Made by a program: the position numbers and the translations under genes. Shown piece by piece: positions 1 to 8,856 of a stretch of DNA of 64,000 nucleotides. This DNA comes from a virus. The stretch lies in the IMG/VR virus record IMGVR_UViG_3300026512_000003, positions 101,428 to 165,427 of that record. One strand, given 5' to 3'. Within the stretch, counting starts at the first letter, position 1. The number at the start of each line of letters is the position of its first letter. The notes under the pieces were generated by a model. The model was not told the origin of the DNA and did not search any database. It worked only from the letters and a program-made list of their open reading frames with translations.

Positions 1-1
1 C

Positions 2-427
2 GATGTTAAAATATTTCTAAGAGACTCTAAGACTTCTGGCTACAATGCAAAGATGAGACAGCTTCATCATCGGATTGATGATTGGGGTGCAGATATAACA
101 ATATCATTTCATTTTAATGCAAGTGCTAGTTCAAAAGCCTCAGGGTTCGAAGTACTTGCTTATGCAAAATCAGATGTTTCAAAAAAGATTGCGAAAATAT
201 TTATTGATGAATTTGAAAAAAATGAGCTTGGAAGAAATAGAGGTCTAAAACCTGTCACTAGAAAGGAAAGAGGAGGAGGATTTTTAGCCAAAGGAAAATC
301 AAAATGCATACTCGTTGAACCTTTTTTCGCAAAAGATCAAGGTGAATTTATGCCAAAAAAAGCCAAGCGAAGAGCTCTAGCAAAAGCTATTTCAGACGGA
401 ATAGCACAATCCCTAAACCTAGTATAA
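2..427 (+). CDS. N-acetylmuramoyl-L-alanine amidase (Amidase_3), 5'-truncated by window edge; probable endolysin
   Basis: SFHFNA, GFEV and ILVEPFF motifs; frame open back to window start. Confidence 0.85.
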   Translation, partial: DVKIFLRDSKTSGYNAKMRQLHHRIDDWGADITISFHFNASASSKASGFEVLAYAKSDVSKKIAKIFIDEFEKNELGRNRGLKPVTRKERGGGFLAKGKSKCILVEPFFAKDQGEFMPKKAKRRALAKAISDGIAQSLNLV

Positions 428-442
428 TCACATAAAAACTAT

Positions 443-465
443 CTCCTGTGACTGCCTCACAGGAG
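443..465 (+). terminator. Hairpin after amidase
   Basis: ctcctgtga-ctgcc-tcacaggag, perfect 9-bp stem. Confidence 0.55.
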
Positions 466-696
466 TACAACCCACAAGCAAAAAACCACCACTTATCTAT
501 CAAAAAACCAACCAATAAATCTTGGGAAAAATCAACATTTTTGTGGCATATATAGATGTAAGAGATATACCTTACACAAGAATTTCTATTGTATAGAGAT
601 TGTACTGTGAGGTAAAAAGTGTTCTTTTTTAGAGGACGAAAATGGTCGTTGAGCGACAAAGGTTTCATAGCCTAAAACTTTTTGAAGGAGTAAATT

Positions 697-819
697 ATGA
701 GCGCACAAGAAATTAACCAAAGAGTAGAAGAAATTAAAAAATCTGCTGAGGCGAAAAACCTCAGAATATCAAAAGCGCAAATCAAAGCGCAACTGGTATT
801 ACAAACAGCTGGGATTTAA
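697..819 (+). CDS. 40-aa hypothetical protein (not in ORF track)
   Basis: AAGGAG RBS 6 nt before ATG; MSAQEINQRVEEIKK...AGI*. Confidence 0.7.
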   Translation: MSAQEINQRVEEIKKSAEAKNLRISKAQIKAQLVLQTAGI

Positions 820-954
820 AACCCCAGCTTCAAACAAAAGCATAACATTAAAAATAAGTTTTTTACGAAAACCTTATTTGTGATGTTATATCAAAGAAGC
901 ATAGTACTAAGGCTGTACTATTTACTACCCCGTCTAACGGGAAGAAAGGTCATC

Positions 955-1143
955 ATGAAAAAGTTTAATTCTAAACGAGTGTATGCTATGGCGGATAACT
1001 GCAATGTTATCCAATACTACGCATTTGGACGAGTAGATCGACTATATGCTGAGATAACCCTAGGTCTCAAAAGCATAGGAGATCGATTGATTGGTAAAGA
1101 TAATAAGTACGAAGCAAAAAGAAAATTAGCTGAAGAGCTCTAA
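955..1143 (+). CDS. 62-aa hypothetical protein
   Basis: AAAGGT RBS before ATG 955; internal start of track ORF 880. Confidence 0.65.
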   Translation: MKKFNSKRVYAMADNCNVIQYYAFGRVDRLYAEITLGLKSIGDRLIGKDNKYEAKRKLAEEL

Positions 1144-1220
1144 TACTTCGCCAAGCTGGGCGTAAAATGGAGCAACAAAGAGGTCTTTTCTCCTAAGAGT
1201 TAAGGTGTCCCCTCTTTGAA

Positions 1221-1308
1221 AAAAGCATACATTTAAGAACATCCTCGCTTAGTAATCTAGACGATGTGACTCTCAGACGAGAGGCGATGTTCTTAAATGT
1301 GTGTTTTT
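1221..1308 (+). ncRNA. Candidate structured RNA (long stem closing two small hairpins)
   Basis: aaaagcatacatttaagaacatc pairs with gatgttcttaaatgtgtgttttt; internal ctctc-agac-gagag hairpin. Confidence 0.4.
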
Positions 1309-1380
1309 AGGCCGCATTAGTTTGCTACAAATCCACAAGAGTGGTCGCAGTCATGCGTTCCAAATATTAAGGAGGAAGAA

Positions 1381-1770
1381 ATGAAAGTAGAATTAAAAGA
1401 AACTAAAAATAGTTTTGGGGAAATGGTAAACCATATTTTTATAGATGGCGTAAAAAAAGCATCTCTTGTAATAGAAAAAGATGCTGTTGAGGTTGCTTTT
1501 TTAAGCGTAAACAACACAGAAATTGTGGATCGTTTTGAAATAGACAATCCAAACAGGAAGAATACAAGAGGGTACATGGATACCCTTATTGGTATTGTGG
1601 CTGCGAATAGCAGCAATCTCGGTGAAAAACACGCCGAGTACATAAGAAATAACCGAGAAACAATGTTATCAAATGATAACAGATGTTTCAGGATGGTTAA
1701 AAAAGAGGGGAGTGGGGAAGACTATGAAAAAGAGTACACTGTACTCTTGACGGGAGACTGTAATGACTGA
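1381..1770 (+). CDS. Hypothetical protein
   Basis: AAGGAGG RBS; 129-aa ORF. Confidence 0.8.
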   Translation: MKVELKETKNSFGEMVNHIFIDGVKKASLVIEKDAVEVAFLSVNNTEIVDRFEIDNPNRKNTRGYMDTLIGIVAANSSNLGEKHAEYIRNNRETMLSNDNRCFRMVKKEGSGEDYEKEYTVLLTGDCND

Positions 1771-1879
1771 TGTAATAATTACAGGCTCCGTCCTGCTGAC
1801 AGTAGGTGCCGTGGGTTATATCCTAGGGCTTGTAATAATAGAAGCTTTTGGAGAAGATGCTCTTCAAAAGTTTTTTTAA
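1763..1879 (+). CDS. 38-aa single-TM peptide
   Basis: GGGAG RBS; MTDVIITGSVLLTVGAVGYILGLVII hydrophobic run; overlaps upstream stop. Confidence 0.6.
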   Translation: MTDVIITGSVLLTVGAVGYILGLVIIEAFGEDALQKFF

Positions 1880-1891
1880 AAGGAGTAGAGA

Positions 1892-2062
1892 ATGAAAATT
1901 TTTTATAAAAAAAAAGAGTTGGGAGAACTCTCTGGTGGTGATTTGCGCCACCTAAAAAAAACTCTTAAAAATGAGAGAGTCAGATACAATGACGACTCTC
2001 TCGTCATTCAAACAAAAAAAGGGCTGGAAATTGCCCAAAGAGAGTTCTGGGAACTCTCTTGA
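1892..2062 (+). CDS. 56-aa hypothetical protein
   Basis: AAGGAG RBS; MKIFYKKKELGELSGG...EFWELS*. Confidence 0.7.
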   Translation: MKIFYKKKELGELSGGDLRHLKKTLKNERVRYNDDSLVIQTKKGLEIAQREFWELS

Positions 2063-2068
2063 AAATCC

Positions 2069-2095
2069 CGCCCAGCTGAGGGCGTAAAAATCAGC
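2069..2095 (+). promoter_or_regulatory. H-type pseudoknot motif
   Basis: CGCCC-A-GCTGA-GGGCG-TAAAAA-TCAGC; related copy at 1149-1173. Confidence 0.55.
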
Positions 2096-2099
2096 CTTA

Positions 2100-2165
2100 C
2101 CTTCCCCCTTCAGGGCGAGTGCTTTTTGCATTCGTTCTGGAGGGGGGGGAAGTGTTTTATTTTCT
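2100..2165 (+). terminator. Long GC-rich hairpin plus U-rich tract
   Basis: cttcccccttcagggcgagtgc pairs with gcattcgttctggaggggggggaag, followed by tgttttattttc. Confidence 0.6.
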
Positions 2166-2188
2166 TAGCTTACACGAAAGGAAAAGGT

Positions 2189-2587
2189 ATGCGATTAACT
2201 AATTTGACCCCACATAAAATAGTGATGATTATGGCTGGTGGAGAGAAAATAACTTTTAAACCTGCTAAAGTTGAGCAGTTATTAAGAGTTATTACAACAA
2301 GCGTTGTTACTGACAGAGTTGGAGGAATTTCTATTTTAAAGCCAACACATGAGGTAACTGGAAATATTCCAGAAGAAATAGAAGGTCACTATTATATTGT
2401 TTCAAAACAAGTGGCACAAGCGTTAAAAGGGCGAAAAGATTTTGTGTATCCAACAAATGTTGTACATAAAAAAGAACTCATTAGCGTTATTGATCAATAT
2501 GGAAAGGAAATTGTAGACAATGATGATATTCCGGTTAAGAAATTTGTTACTCATATTGATGGGTGTGGTGCACTGAGTTTGCCATGA
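2189..2587 (+). CDS. NLTPH-motif protein (possible Crn4-like ring nuclease)
   Basis: TNLTPH...LRV...IPEE..GHYYIVS..VAQAL..RKD; paralog at 12917; start taken at AAAGGT-ATG 2189. Confidence 0.6.
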   Translation: MRLTNLTPHKIVMIMAGGEKITFKPAKVEQLLRVITTSVVTDRVGGISILKPTHEVTGNIPEEIEGHYYIVSKQVAQALKGRKDFVYPTNVVHKKELISVIDQYGKEIVDNDDIPVKKFVTHIDGCGALSLP

Positions 2588-2763
2588 GTAGTTTGAACTT
2601 AGAAAGATCTATCTGTACAGACTTAAAAAGAATATATGAGATAGACAAGGATTTATATAAAGCTGGAATTATTTCTAGAGATAGAGTAGATAAAAGCTTT
2701 TTAAAATACAATATACAAAAGGCTAAGGTACTTTTTGAATGGAGGAAAAAAAGTGAAAATTAG
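2584..2763 (+). CDS. Hypothetical protein
   Basis: ATGA overlap with upstream stop. Confidence 0.6.
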   Translation: MSSLNLERSICTDLKRIYEIDKDLYKAGIISRDRVDKSFLKYNIQKAKVLFEWRKKSEN

Positions 2764-3103
2764 TTTTAGAAAAATATTAACCGATTGGGTATATGAATGC
2801 AATGATTGCAACAATGTATCAAGTGATACTAAAGAAAGCAAACGCATATGGGAAAAAAATGGATGCCCAAACTGTAGTGGTGATAATTTTAGCAAATTAT
2901 ATGATCTCGTTGCTGTATTTAAAGATGATTTTGGTGAATTAGAAAGCTATATGCATGTTGGACAACATAGCGATGCTTCAAATTCATTCGTAAAAGAATG
3001 CACAACTGAATCTGATATAACAATTGATTGCCATGGTGATTTAAAAAAAGAACTAGAATCCATAGGGTATGATGTTGAAAAAGTTAATTATGAAGATTTA
3101 TAA
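2753..3103 (+). CDS. Zn-ribbon hypothetical protein
   Basis: CNDC...CPNC; GGAGG RBS before GTG. Confidence 0.7.
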   Translation: MKISFRKILTDWVYECNDCNNVSSDTKESKRIWEKNGCPNCSGDNFSKLYDLVAVFKDDFGELESYMHVGQHSDASNSFVKECTTESDITIDCHGDLKKELESIGYDVEKVNYEDL

Positions 3104-3112
3104 GGAAAAAAA

Positions 3113-3667
3113 ATGACAGAAACAGAATTAGAGAGCTATGTTACGGTAGCAGAAAGAGTTAAGATATTTGTAAATGAATATCAGCCAAGAGGAATGTTTA
3201 TGAAAACATCTCACTATTGGCAGCCTGTAGATAACGATATGATGATAATTTTTACCACTGAAATTTTTGCTAGAAATTCAAAAGGCAAAGAATTTTTGTT
3301 AGTAAATGCAACAGCATGTGAAAATGTCTCTAGAAACAAAAACTCAACTGTCGATCCAGTTCGGTTTTGCGAGACTTCTTCCAGAGGTAGAGCCTTGAGT
3401 GCTCTCGGCATAGAAATCATCAAAGGGTTATCTTCTCTAGAAGATATTAGTACTGACAGGGATTATTCAGGGAAAAATAAAAAGAAAGAAACTGTGCCTA
3501 AACAGGATTTAGTTCCTCTTCTAAAAAGATTAAAGGTGAATTTTTTAGAAACAGATGAAACTCTTGAATTCAAAATAAAAGATGTCTCTGAAAAAACTCT
3601 TGACATATTAAAAAAGAAAGGCTTTTCTATTGGTGCAGTTACGGCAACATATATTAAAAAAGGATAA
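3113..3667 (+). CDS. Single-strand annealing protein (Rad52/Sak-like), putative
   Basis: YVTVAERV...CETSSRGRALSALGI motif; next to an exonuclease. Confidence 0.6.
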   Translation: MTETELESYVTVAERVKIFVNEYQPRGMFMKTSHYWQPVDNDMMIIFTTEIFARNSKGKEFLLVNATACENVSRNKNSTVDPVRFCETSSRGRALSALGIEIIKGLSSLEDISTDRDYSGKNKKKETVPKQDLVPLLKRLKVNFLETDETLEFKIKDVSEKTLDILKKKGFSIGAVTATYIKKG

Positions 3668-3670
3668 AAA

Positions 3671-3874
3671 ATGAAGGTGATATTGTTATTGTTGTGTACA
3701 ACTATTCTTTTTGGGCTTAGTGTAACTTTTACACTACCAAAGATTTGTACAGCAGAATTAATTCATAAAAAAAATGGAAAAGTGGTTTATGTAGAAAAAG
3801 TTGACTGTAAAACAGTTCAAACAAAAGAAGGTATAGTTTATCAAACTGCACCTAGAAAAGAGAAAGGCAAGTAA
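3671..3874 (+). CDS. Small secreted protein
   Basis: N-terminal signal-like hydrophobic segment. Confidence 0.6.
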   Translation: MKVILLLLCTTILFGLSVTFTLPKICTAELIHKKNGKVVYVEKVDCKTVQTKEGIVYQTAPRKEKGK

Positions 3875-5022
3875 TGGATTTTTTTAACAATATAATGGGA
3901 AAAGCTTTTAAAGTAAGACAAGAGGATACTAAGTATTCTAGAATGACTCTCGATGGCATTAAAGCAAAACTAGGTGCGAGCGATATAGCACTATGTGCAA
4001 GAAAAGCGGCATATGATGTCATTGTTGGTTCAAAATCTAGAACCCTTTCGGAGTTTTTTAGAATGTCTAAAGGAAATATTGCTGAGGGTGTTGTAGAACA
4101 AAATCTAGACACTTTAAGCGTTCCTTATGAAAGACAAGGTGAGTATACAGGAAAAGGCACATATGATTTTATGGTAGTCCATCCAGATATACTGATAAAA
4201 GTTCAGGATTTGAAAAAAGTGGATGATCCAGAAGTTAAAAAATGGTATATTTATGCATTGAAAAACAAATACAAATATTTGTTAGTTGAATTAAAAACAA
4301 CTAATGGAATACCTGTTAATGTCCATGATTACTGGGAAAAACAAACTAATATTCAAATGGATATAATTGCCCAAGAAATTGGAATAGAGCCAGAGGAAAT
4401 TGGTACAATAGTTTATGCTATTGAACTTAATGATGGTAACACAAAAGAATTTCCAATCAAATATGATCTCGAGGTCACTACGCTAGCTTTAGAGGAAGCA
4501 ATGTTTTGTTTAGATGTAATCCAAGACTATTTCGATTGGTCTAATGGAGATAAAGAAAACAGAGAGTTTGAAATACAAAATGTTCCAAGAAGAGTTGGAA
4601 GTGCCTGTATGTTATGCGATCACACTGATGATTGTCTTTCAAAAACAGAAGCAATCGAACTTGAAGATAATTATAATTCAACTCTTGAATACATCGCTAA
4701 ATACAATGCTGAGAAGAAAAATATAGATAAAAATAAAGGCGATATTAAAAATCTTTTGCTTAAACTTGGTGCAAAAAAAGCCTTTACTAAGGATTTTGAG
4801 GTATCATTACGAGGTGGAAATAAAAAAAAAGTAATAGATCCAAGTAAATTTTCAGATAAAGAAAAACTGGAAATTGCAAAAAAACTTCCAGATTATATAT
4901 CAGTAAGCGCAAAGCTAGATGGAGCTAAAGTACCAAAAGATATGGAATGGATAAATTCTGATGATAAATATATAGACAAAACAACTTCTGTTTCTATGAT
5001 TATCAAAGATAAAAAAGGATAA
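3874..5022 (+). CDS. PD-(D/E)XK (Cas4/YqaJ-like) exonuclease
   Basis: HPDIL...VELKT; N-terminal Cys plus C-terminal CxxCxxxxxC. Confidence 0.75.
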   Translation: MDFFNNIMGKAFKVRQEDTKYSRMTLDGIKAKLGASDIALCARKAAYDVIVGSKSRTLSEFFRMSKGNIAEGVVEQNLDTLSVPYERQGEYTGKGTYDFMVVHPDILIKVQDLKKVDDPEVKKWYIYALKNKYKYLLVELKTTNGIPVNVHDYWEKQTNIQMDIIAQEIGIEPEEIGTIVYAIELNDGNTKEFPIKYDLEVTTLALEEAMFCLDVIQDYFDWSNGDKENREFEIQNVPRRVGSACMLCDHTDDCLSKTEAIELEDNYNSTLEYIAKYNAEKKNIDKNKGDIKNLLLKLGAKKAFTKDFEVSLRGGNKKKVIDPSKFSDKEKLEIAKKLPDYISVSAKLDGAKVPKDMEWINSDDKYIDKTTSVSMIIKDKKG

Positions 5023-5025
5023 AAT

Positions 5026-6093
5026 ATGCATAAACTAGAGGAATTACTACTAACTAGTCAGCCTCTTGTGTTGAAGCCAGAGTTGGCTGTCGCTATTGGA
5101 TTAAATGAAGCCATAGCTTTACAACAATTACAATATTGGCTTATTATTAAGAAAAAATCAGGTGACCCAAGAGCTAAAATAGATGGATATTATTGGGTTT
5201 GGAATTCTATTGAATCTTGGTCAGAACAATTTCCTTTTTGGAGCAAAAGAACAATAAAAAGGACATTTGCTTCATTAGAAAAACAAGGTCTTATTTTAGT
5301 AAAAAAACTTTCTCTAGATAAAACAGATAGAACAAATTACTACACAATAAAATATGAATGTCTTGACCATGGGGACAAAATGACCCAATGGGAAAATAAG
5401 GGACAGAATGACCCAATCCCATTGGGACAAAATGGCACAATGCCATTGGGACAAAATGGCACAATGGATGGGGACAAAATGACCCAATCCAATTTAACAG
5501 AGACTACTCATAAGACTACAACAGAGACACCTCAAATTTCCGTAAGCGAAAAGTTTGAGCAAACTCCTCTTACTGAAATTCAAGAACAAGCTCTAGAAGT
5601 TGTTGAAAAACTTGAAAATAATTTACTATCTGAAGTTCCAAAGTTTAAACCGCTAACTGAAGCACAAAAAAAGAAGTGGATGAAAGACATTGATTTAGCT
5701 ATCCGTAAAGATAATATTACCAAGGAAGAAATCTTGGGAGTAGTAGATTGGATATACACAAATCCTAAAGGCTCATTTTGGATTCCAAATATAATGTCAG
5801 GAGCTAAACTTCGTAAACAGCTCCCTAAGCTTCTATACGACTCAAAAATACCTAAGCCTAGGAAAGACATTAAAGAGATGCTTTTCGAAGCGTATGGCAT
5901 AGGTAATGTGTTTTTAAAGGCTATTAATAGCAGAATAGATAGAACGATATCTGTTTGTCTTAACGGAGAGCACCCTTTTTTAGAATATACCAATTATAAT
6001 ACAGGTGATAAATTACAAGGCGAATTTCTAAAAAAAGTTGAAAAATATGTTGCTGAACACATAGATTCAATTATAAAAGGAGACAAACAATGA
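5026..6093 (+). CDS. Phage replication initiator (wHTH N-terminus, lambda-O-like C-terminal motif)
   Basis: IGLNEAIALQQLQYW...QFPFWSKRTIKR; FWIPNIMSGAKLRKQ; internal iterons; upstream of DnaB. Confidence 0.85.
   Translation: MHKLEELLLTSQPLVLKPELAVAIGLNEAIALQQLQYWLIIKKKSGDPRAKIDGYYWVWNSIESWSEQFPFWSKRTIKRTFASLEKQGLILVKKLSLDKTDRTNYYTIKYECLDHGDKMTQWENKGQNDPIPLGQNGTMPLGQNGTMDGDKMTQSNLTETTHKTTTETPQISVSEKFEQTPLTEIQEQALEVVEKLENNLLSEVPKFKPLTEAQKKKWMKDIDLAIRKDNITKEEILGVVDWIYTNPKGSFWIPNIMSGAKLRKQLPKLLYDSKIPKPRKDIKEMLFEAYGIGNVFLKAINSRIDRTISVCLNGEHPFLEYTNYNTGDKLQGEFLKKVEKYVAEHIDSIIKGDKQ
5368..5490 (+). repeat. Five iteron-like direct repeats (probable origin)
   Basis: GGGACA(A/G)AATG(ACC/GCA)CAAT x5, mostly 24-bp period, inside initiator gene. 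Confidence 0.8.
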
Positions 6094-6572
6094 ATGTAAA
6101 CATGTTTCATATATTCTCACCTACAGAGGACGAAGATAAGACGATGATGGCAGATGGAGTAATTACCATGGCAAAAAATCAAACAGAAAAAGGAATTTTT
6201 ACTAACTATTCCTCGGTATATTATCTTAAGATACAAAGCAAAAAAAGAGTGCAGCTGTCTGGAAACAAAATAGATAATGCTTATCTAATAAATCTTAGTT
6301 CGAGGGATGTTAAAAGTATTTTAAAACAGTTTAATGGTGGTCATAAAATACAAATAGATAAAGTAGCAGAAGATAATACAAAAACTTTACATATGCTTAT
6401 TTCTCAGTCGGTAGTTGATATTACGGTATCAAAAAATGGTCAAAGCGATACATGTAGAATTAGCAAAAATGATTTAGAATTATTTTTGTCAGAATTGAAA
6501 GATTACATGTATTTGACCGAAACAAAACTTATAGATCTAAAAGCCATGGTAATTTTAAGGGCAAGTAGATGA
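6090..6572 (+). CDS. Hypothetical protein between initiator and helicase
   Basis: AAAGGAG RBS; ATGA coupling on both sides. Confidence 0.75.
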   Translation: MNVNMFHIFSPTEDEDKTMMADGVITMAKNQTEKGIFTNYSSVYYLKIQSKKRVQLSGNKIDNAYLINLSSRDVKSILKQFNGGHKIQIDKVAEDNTKTLHMLISQSVVDITVSKNGQSDTCRISKNDLELFLSELKDYMYLTETKLIDLKAMVILRASR

Positions 6573-7879
6573 TCAATACAGTCCCTATGGAAAAAACTAT
6601 AATATCAACAATAATGTCTGATGTTAAAATGATAGAATCAGTAATGGATTTTTTACATACAGAACATTTTTTTGATGAGGTATGTTCAGAATTATATGGA
6701 CTGGCTCTTACTGCGTATCTAGCAAAAGTTCCGTTTGATGAAACTTTTATAATCAGTAAATTTCCCGATAGGCAGGAAGATGTTATTGGAATAATGACTT
6801 TTACCCCAATTGGCAGAGAAAGTATTGTTAAACAAGCACAGCTAGTTATTAAAACAGCGAAAGATAGAGCAATTATTACTAATTTAGATAATGCGAAGGC
6901 TACTATCCTTGCTGGGAAAGACTATGATTTTTCATCGCTACTTCAGGTTGAAATGACTCAAAAATTGGAAATAAAATCTAATAAGGAAATCATTCATGAG
7001 ATGGAAGAGAAAATAAACAACCCTGTAAAAGATCATGGTGTAGGGCTCAACGATGTAGATAGGTTTATAACGATAGCGCCGGGATCTTTATGTGTACTAG
7101 CTGCTAGGCCAAGTATGGGAAAGACGGCTATGGTAATTACTACGATATTGCATCTCCTTAAAAACGGAGAAGGATCACTATTTTTTTCGCTTGAAATGCC
7201 AAGAGATACAATTATGGCGAGGGCTATTGCAAATAAGGCTGATGAAGATCTATCTAACATAAAAAAAGGCCAACTTAAAAATTACCAAGCGTATAAAGAG
7301 GCTAAAGATTATCTTGCAAATACAGATGATTTTATGATAGTTGACACAGCTTTAGATCATAACCAGATTTACAATCATGCAACAACAATTCTTCGTAGAA
7401 ATCCAAATATAAAAAATGTGTTTGTTGATCACATTGGATATATAAAAGATCCCGGTGGTTATCAAAATACACACCTTAGGATAGGAGATATAACAAAGAC
7501 ATTTAAGCGACTTGCAAAAGAAATGAATGTAAAATTCTGGGTATTATCTCAATTAAGTAGATCTATTGAAAGTAGACCAAACAAAAGACCACAGCTATCA
7601 GATCTTAGGGAGTCGGGTTCTATAGAAGAAGATGGCGATTTGATTATTGGTTTATATAGAGACAGCTACTATAAAGTGAGAGAGGAGGGTACAAGAGAAG
7701 AGTCAGTTAATCCCGCAGAGGTAATAGTTTTAAAAAATAGGGATGGCGAAGTTGGAATAGCTCATACGAAATTTGTTGGACCTACTGTTAAATTTACAGA
7801 TAGGGTTGCTGCAGTTGAAACTGTGTATGAATATATTCCTAATGAAGATGATTTAAAGATTGAGCTACCAATTCTATAA
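6569..7879 (+). CDS. dnaB: Replicative DNA helicase
   Basis: AARPSMGKT, FSLEM, LSQLSR, RPQLSDLRESGSIEED, KNRDG. Confidence 0.95.
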   Translation: MINTVPMEKTIISTIMSDVKMIESVMDFLHTEHFFDEVCSELYGLALTAYLAKVPFDETFIISKFPDRQEDVIGIMTFTPIGRESIVKQAQLVIKTAKDRAIITNLDNAKATILAGKDYDFSSLLQVEMTQKLEIKSNKEIIHEMEEKINNPVKDHGVGLNDVDRFITIAPGSLCVLAARPSMGKTAMVITTILHLLKNGEGSLFFSLEMPRDTIMARAIANKADEDLSNIKKGQLKNYQAYKEAKDYLANTDDFMIVDTALDHNQIYNHATTILRRNPNIKNVFVDHIGYIKDPGGYQNTHLRIGDITKTFKRLAKEMNVKFWVLSQLSRSIESRPNKRPQLSDLRESGSIEEDGDLIIGLYRDSYYKVREEGTREESVNPAEVIVLKNRDGEVGIAHTKFVGPTVKFTDRVAAVETVYEYIPNEDDLKIELPIL

Positions 7880-7888
7880 GGAGAAAAT

Positions 7889-8098
7889 ATGGTAAACACA
7901 GTGAATATGAAAAATATTCCTCTTGAAAAAGTAGGGGAACAAGTGTCTGAAGTGATTAGAAAGACAGGACTAAAGCCAAAGTATATTGTGATTGATGAAA
8001 TTCAACATGGTGAACTTATTAAAAAAGAGGGGCTTGTTAAAGTAAAAGCAAAAAGAGTTGTTAAGTGGAAAGGTATGAGCGTGCTAGTAAGTAACTAG
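7889..8098 (+). CDS. Hypothetical protein
   Basis: AAGGAG RBS; 69 aa. Confidence 0.65.
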   Translation: MVNTVNMKNIPLEKVGEQVSEVIRKTGLKPKYIVIDEIQHGELIKKEGLVKVKAKRVVKWKGMSVLVSN

Positions 8099-8355
8099 CT
8101 CGCTTTTACTTTGTCTTTAAATGACTTGGATGATTTAAAGTGGATTACTTTTGAATCAATTTTATAGTCTTGGCCACCTATTGAACTTGTTCTTTTTAAA
8201 GAAGAAACATTAAAAGAGCCAAGATTTGGAATACTAAAGCCTTCTCTGTTGGCAACTTCTGATGTCAAAAGAGAAGTAAAAGTATCAACTGTTGTTTTTG
8301 CTTGCTTCTTAGTACAATTTAGTTTTAGAGCAAGTTTGTCAATAAAAGCTTTCAC
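8095..8355 (-). CDS. hup: HU/IHF-family DNA-binding protein
   Basis: TKKQAKTTVD...IPNLGSF...HFKSSKSFKDKV; AAGGA RBS before GTG. Confidence 0.8.
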   Translation of the reverse strand: MKAFIDKLALKLNCTKKQAKTTVDTFTSLLTSEVANREGFSIPNLGSFNVSSLKRTSSIGGQDYKIDSKVIHFKSSKSFKDKVKAS

Positions 8356-8418
8356 GAGATATCCTTGTTTTTTAAATATAGGGTATTTTATCGAAAAAAA
8401 TAATTAAAAGGAAGAGAA

Positions 8419-8856
8419 ATGAGTTTTTTAAGAGATGCTAATCTTGAAATTAGTAAAAAAACGAGTAATAATCTAGTTATTCTAATACAATATAGAACAA
8501 AAAAGGTAATTGAGGCTATAAGTAGTAATGATGCAAAAGAATGTTTGTATCGTCTAGCTAAGCTATCAATGATGTCAAATGATATCTATGTGCATAGATT
8601 TGCACTTGCTGAAGATTTAGATGAAGTAAGAGAGTATTCAGATGCAATGGATATTTTCTCAGAAAATGTACGGGAAGTAGCAAGTGCTTCTTTGTTGTTT
8701 TTAGAAGAGAAATACAAATCTTTTGTTACAAAAGAAAAATTGCAACAGTTTATTGACTATGCAAGCAAAAATAAAATCACAAGAAAAACAATAAAGAAAC
8801 AGTTGAAATTAATAATTCCAACAGCTGCTCCTATAAAAAAAAGAGGTGTTAGATGA
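8419..8856 (+). CDS. Hypothetical protein
   Basis: RBS; coupled to nrdA. Confidence 0.7.
   Translation: MSFLRDANLEISKKTSNNLVILIQYRTKKVIEAISSNDAKECLYRLAKLSMMSNDIYVHRFALAEDLDEVREYSDAMDIFSENVREVASASLLFLEEKYKSFVTKEKLQQFIDYASKNKITRKTIKKQLKLIIPTAAPIKKRGVR

Noticed and set aside
1320-1365. c-di-GMP-I riboswitch-like leader
   Set aside because: Two small hairpins only; lacks the GGCAAAC / GNRA-receptor consensus.
3874-5022. CRISPR-associated cas4
   Set aside because: No array or other cas genes; its position beside an SSAP indicates a recombination exonuclease.
5368-5490. CRISPR mini-array
   Set aside because: Repeats are nearly contiguous without unique spacers and lie in frame inside the initiator, which fits iterons.
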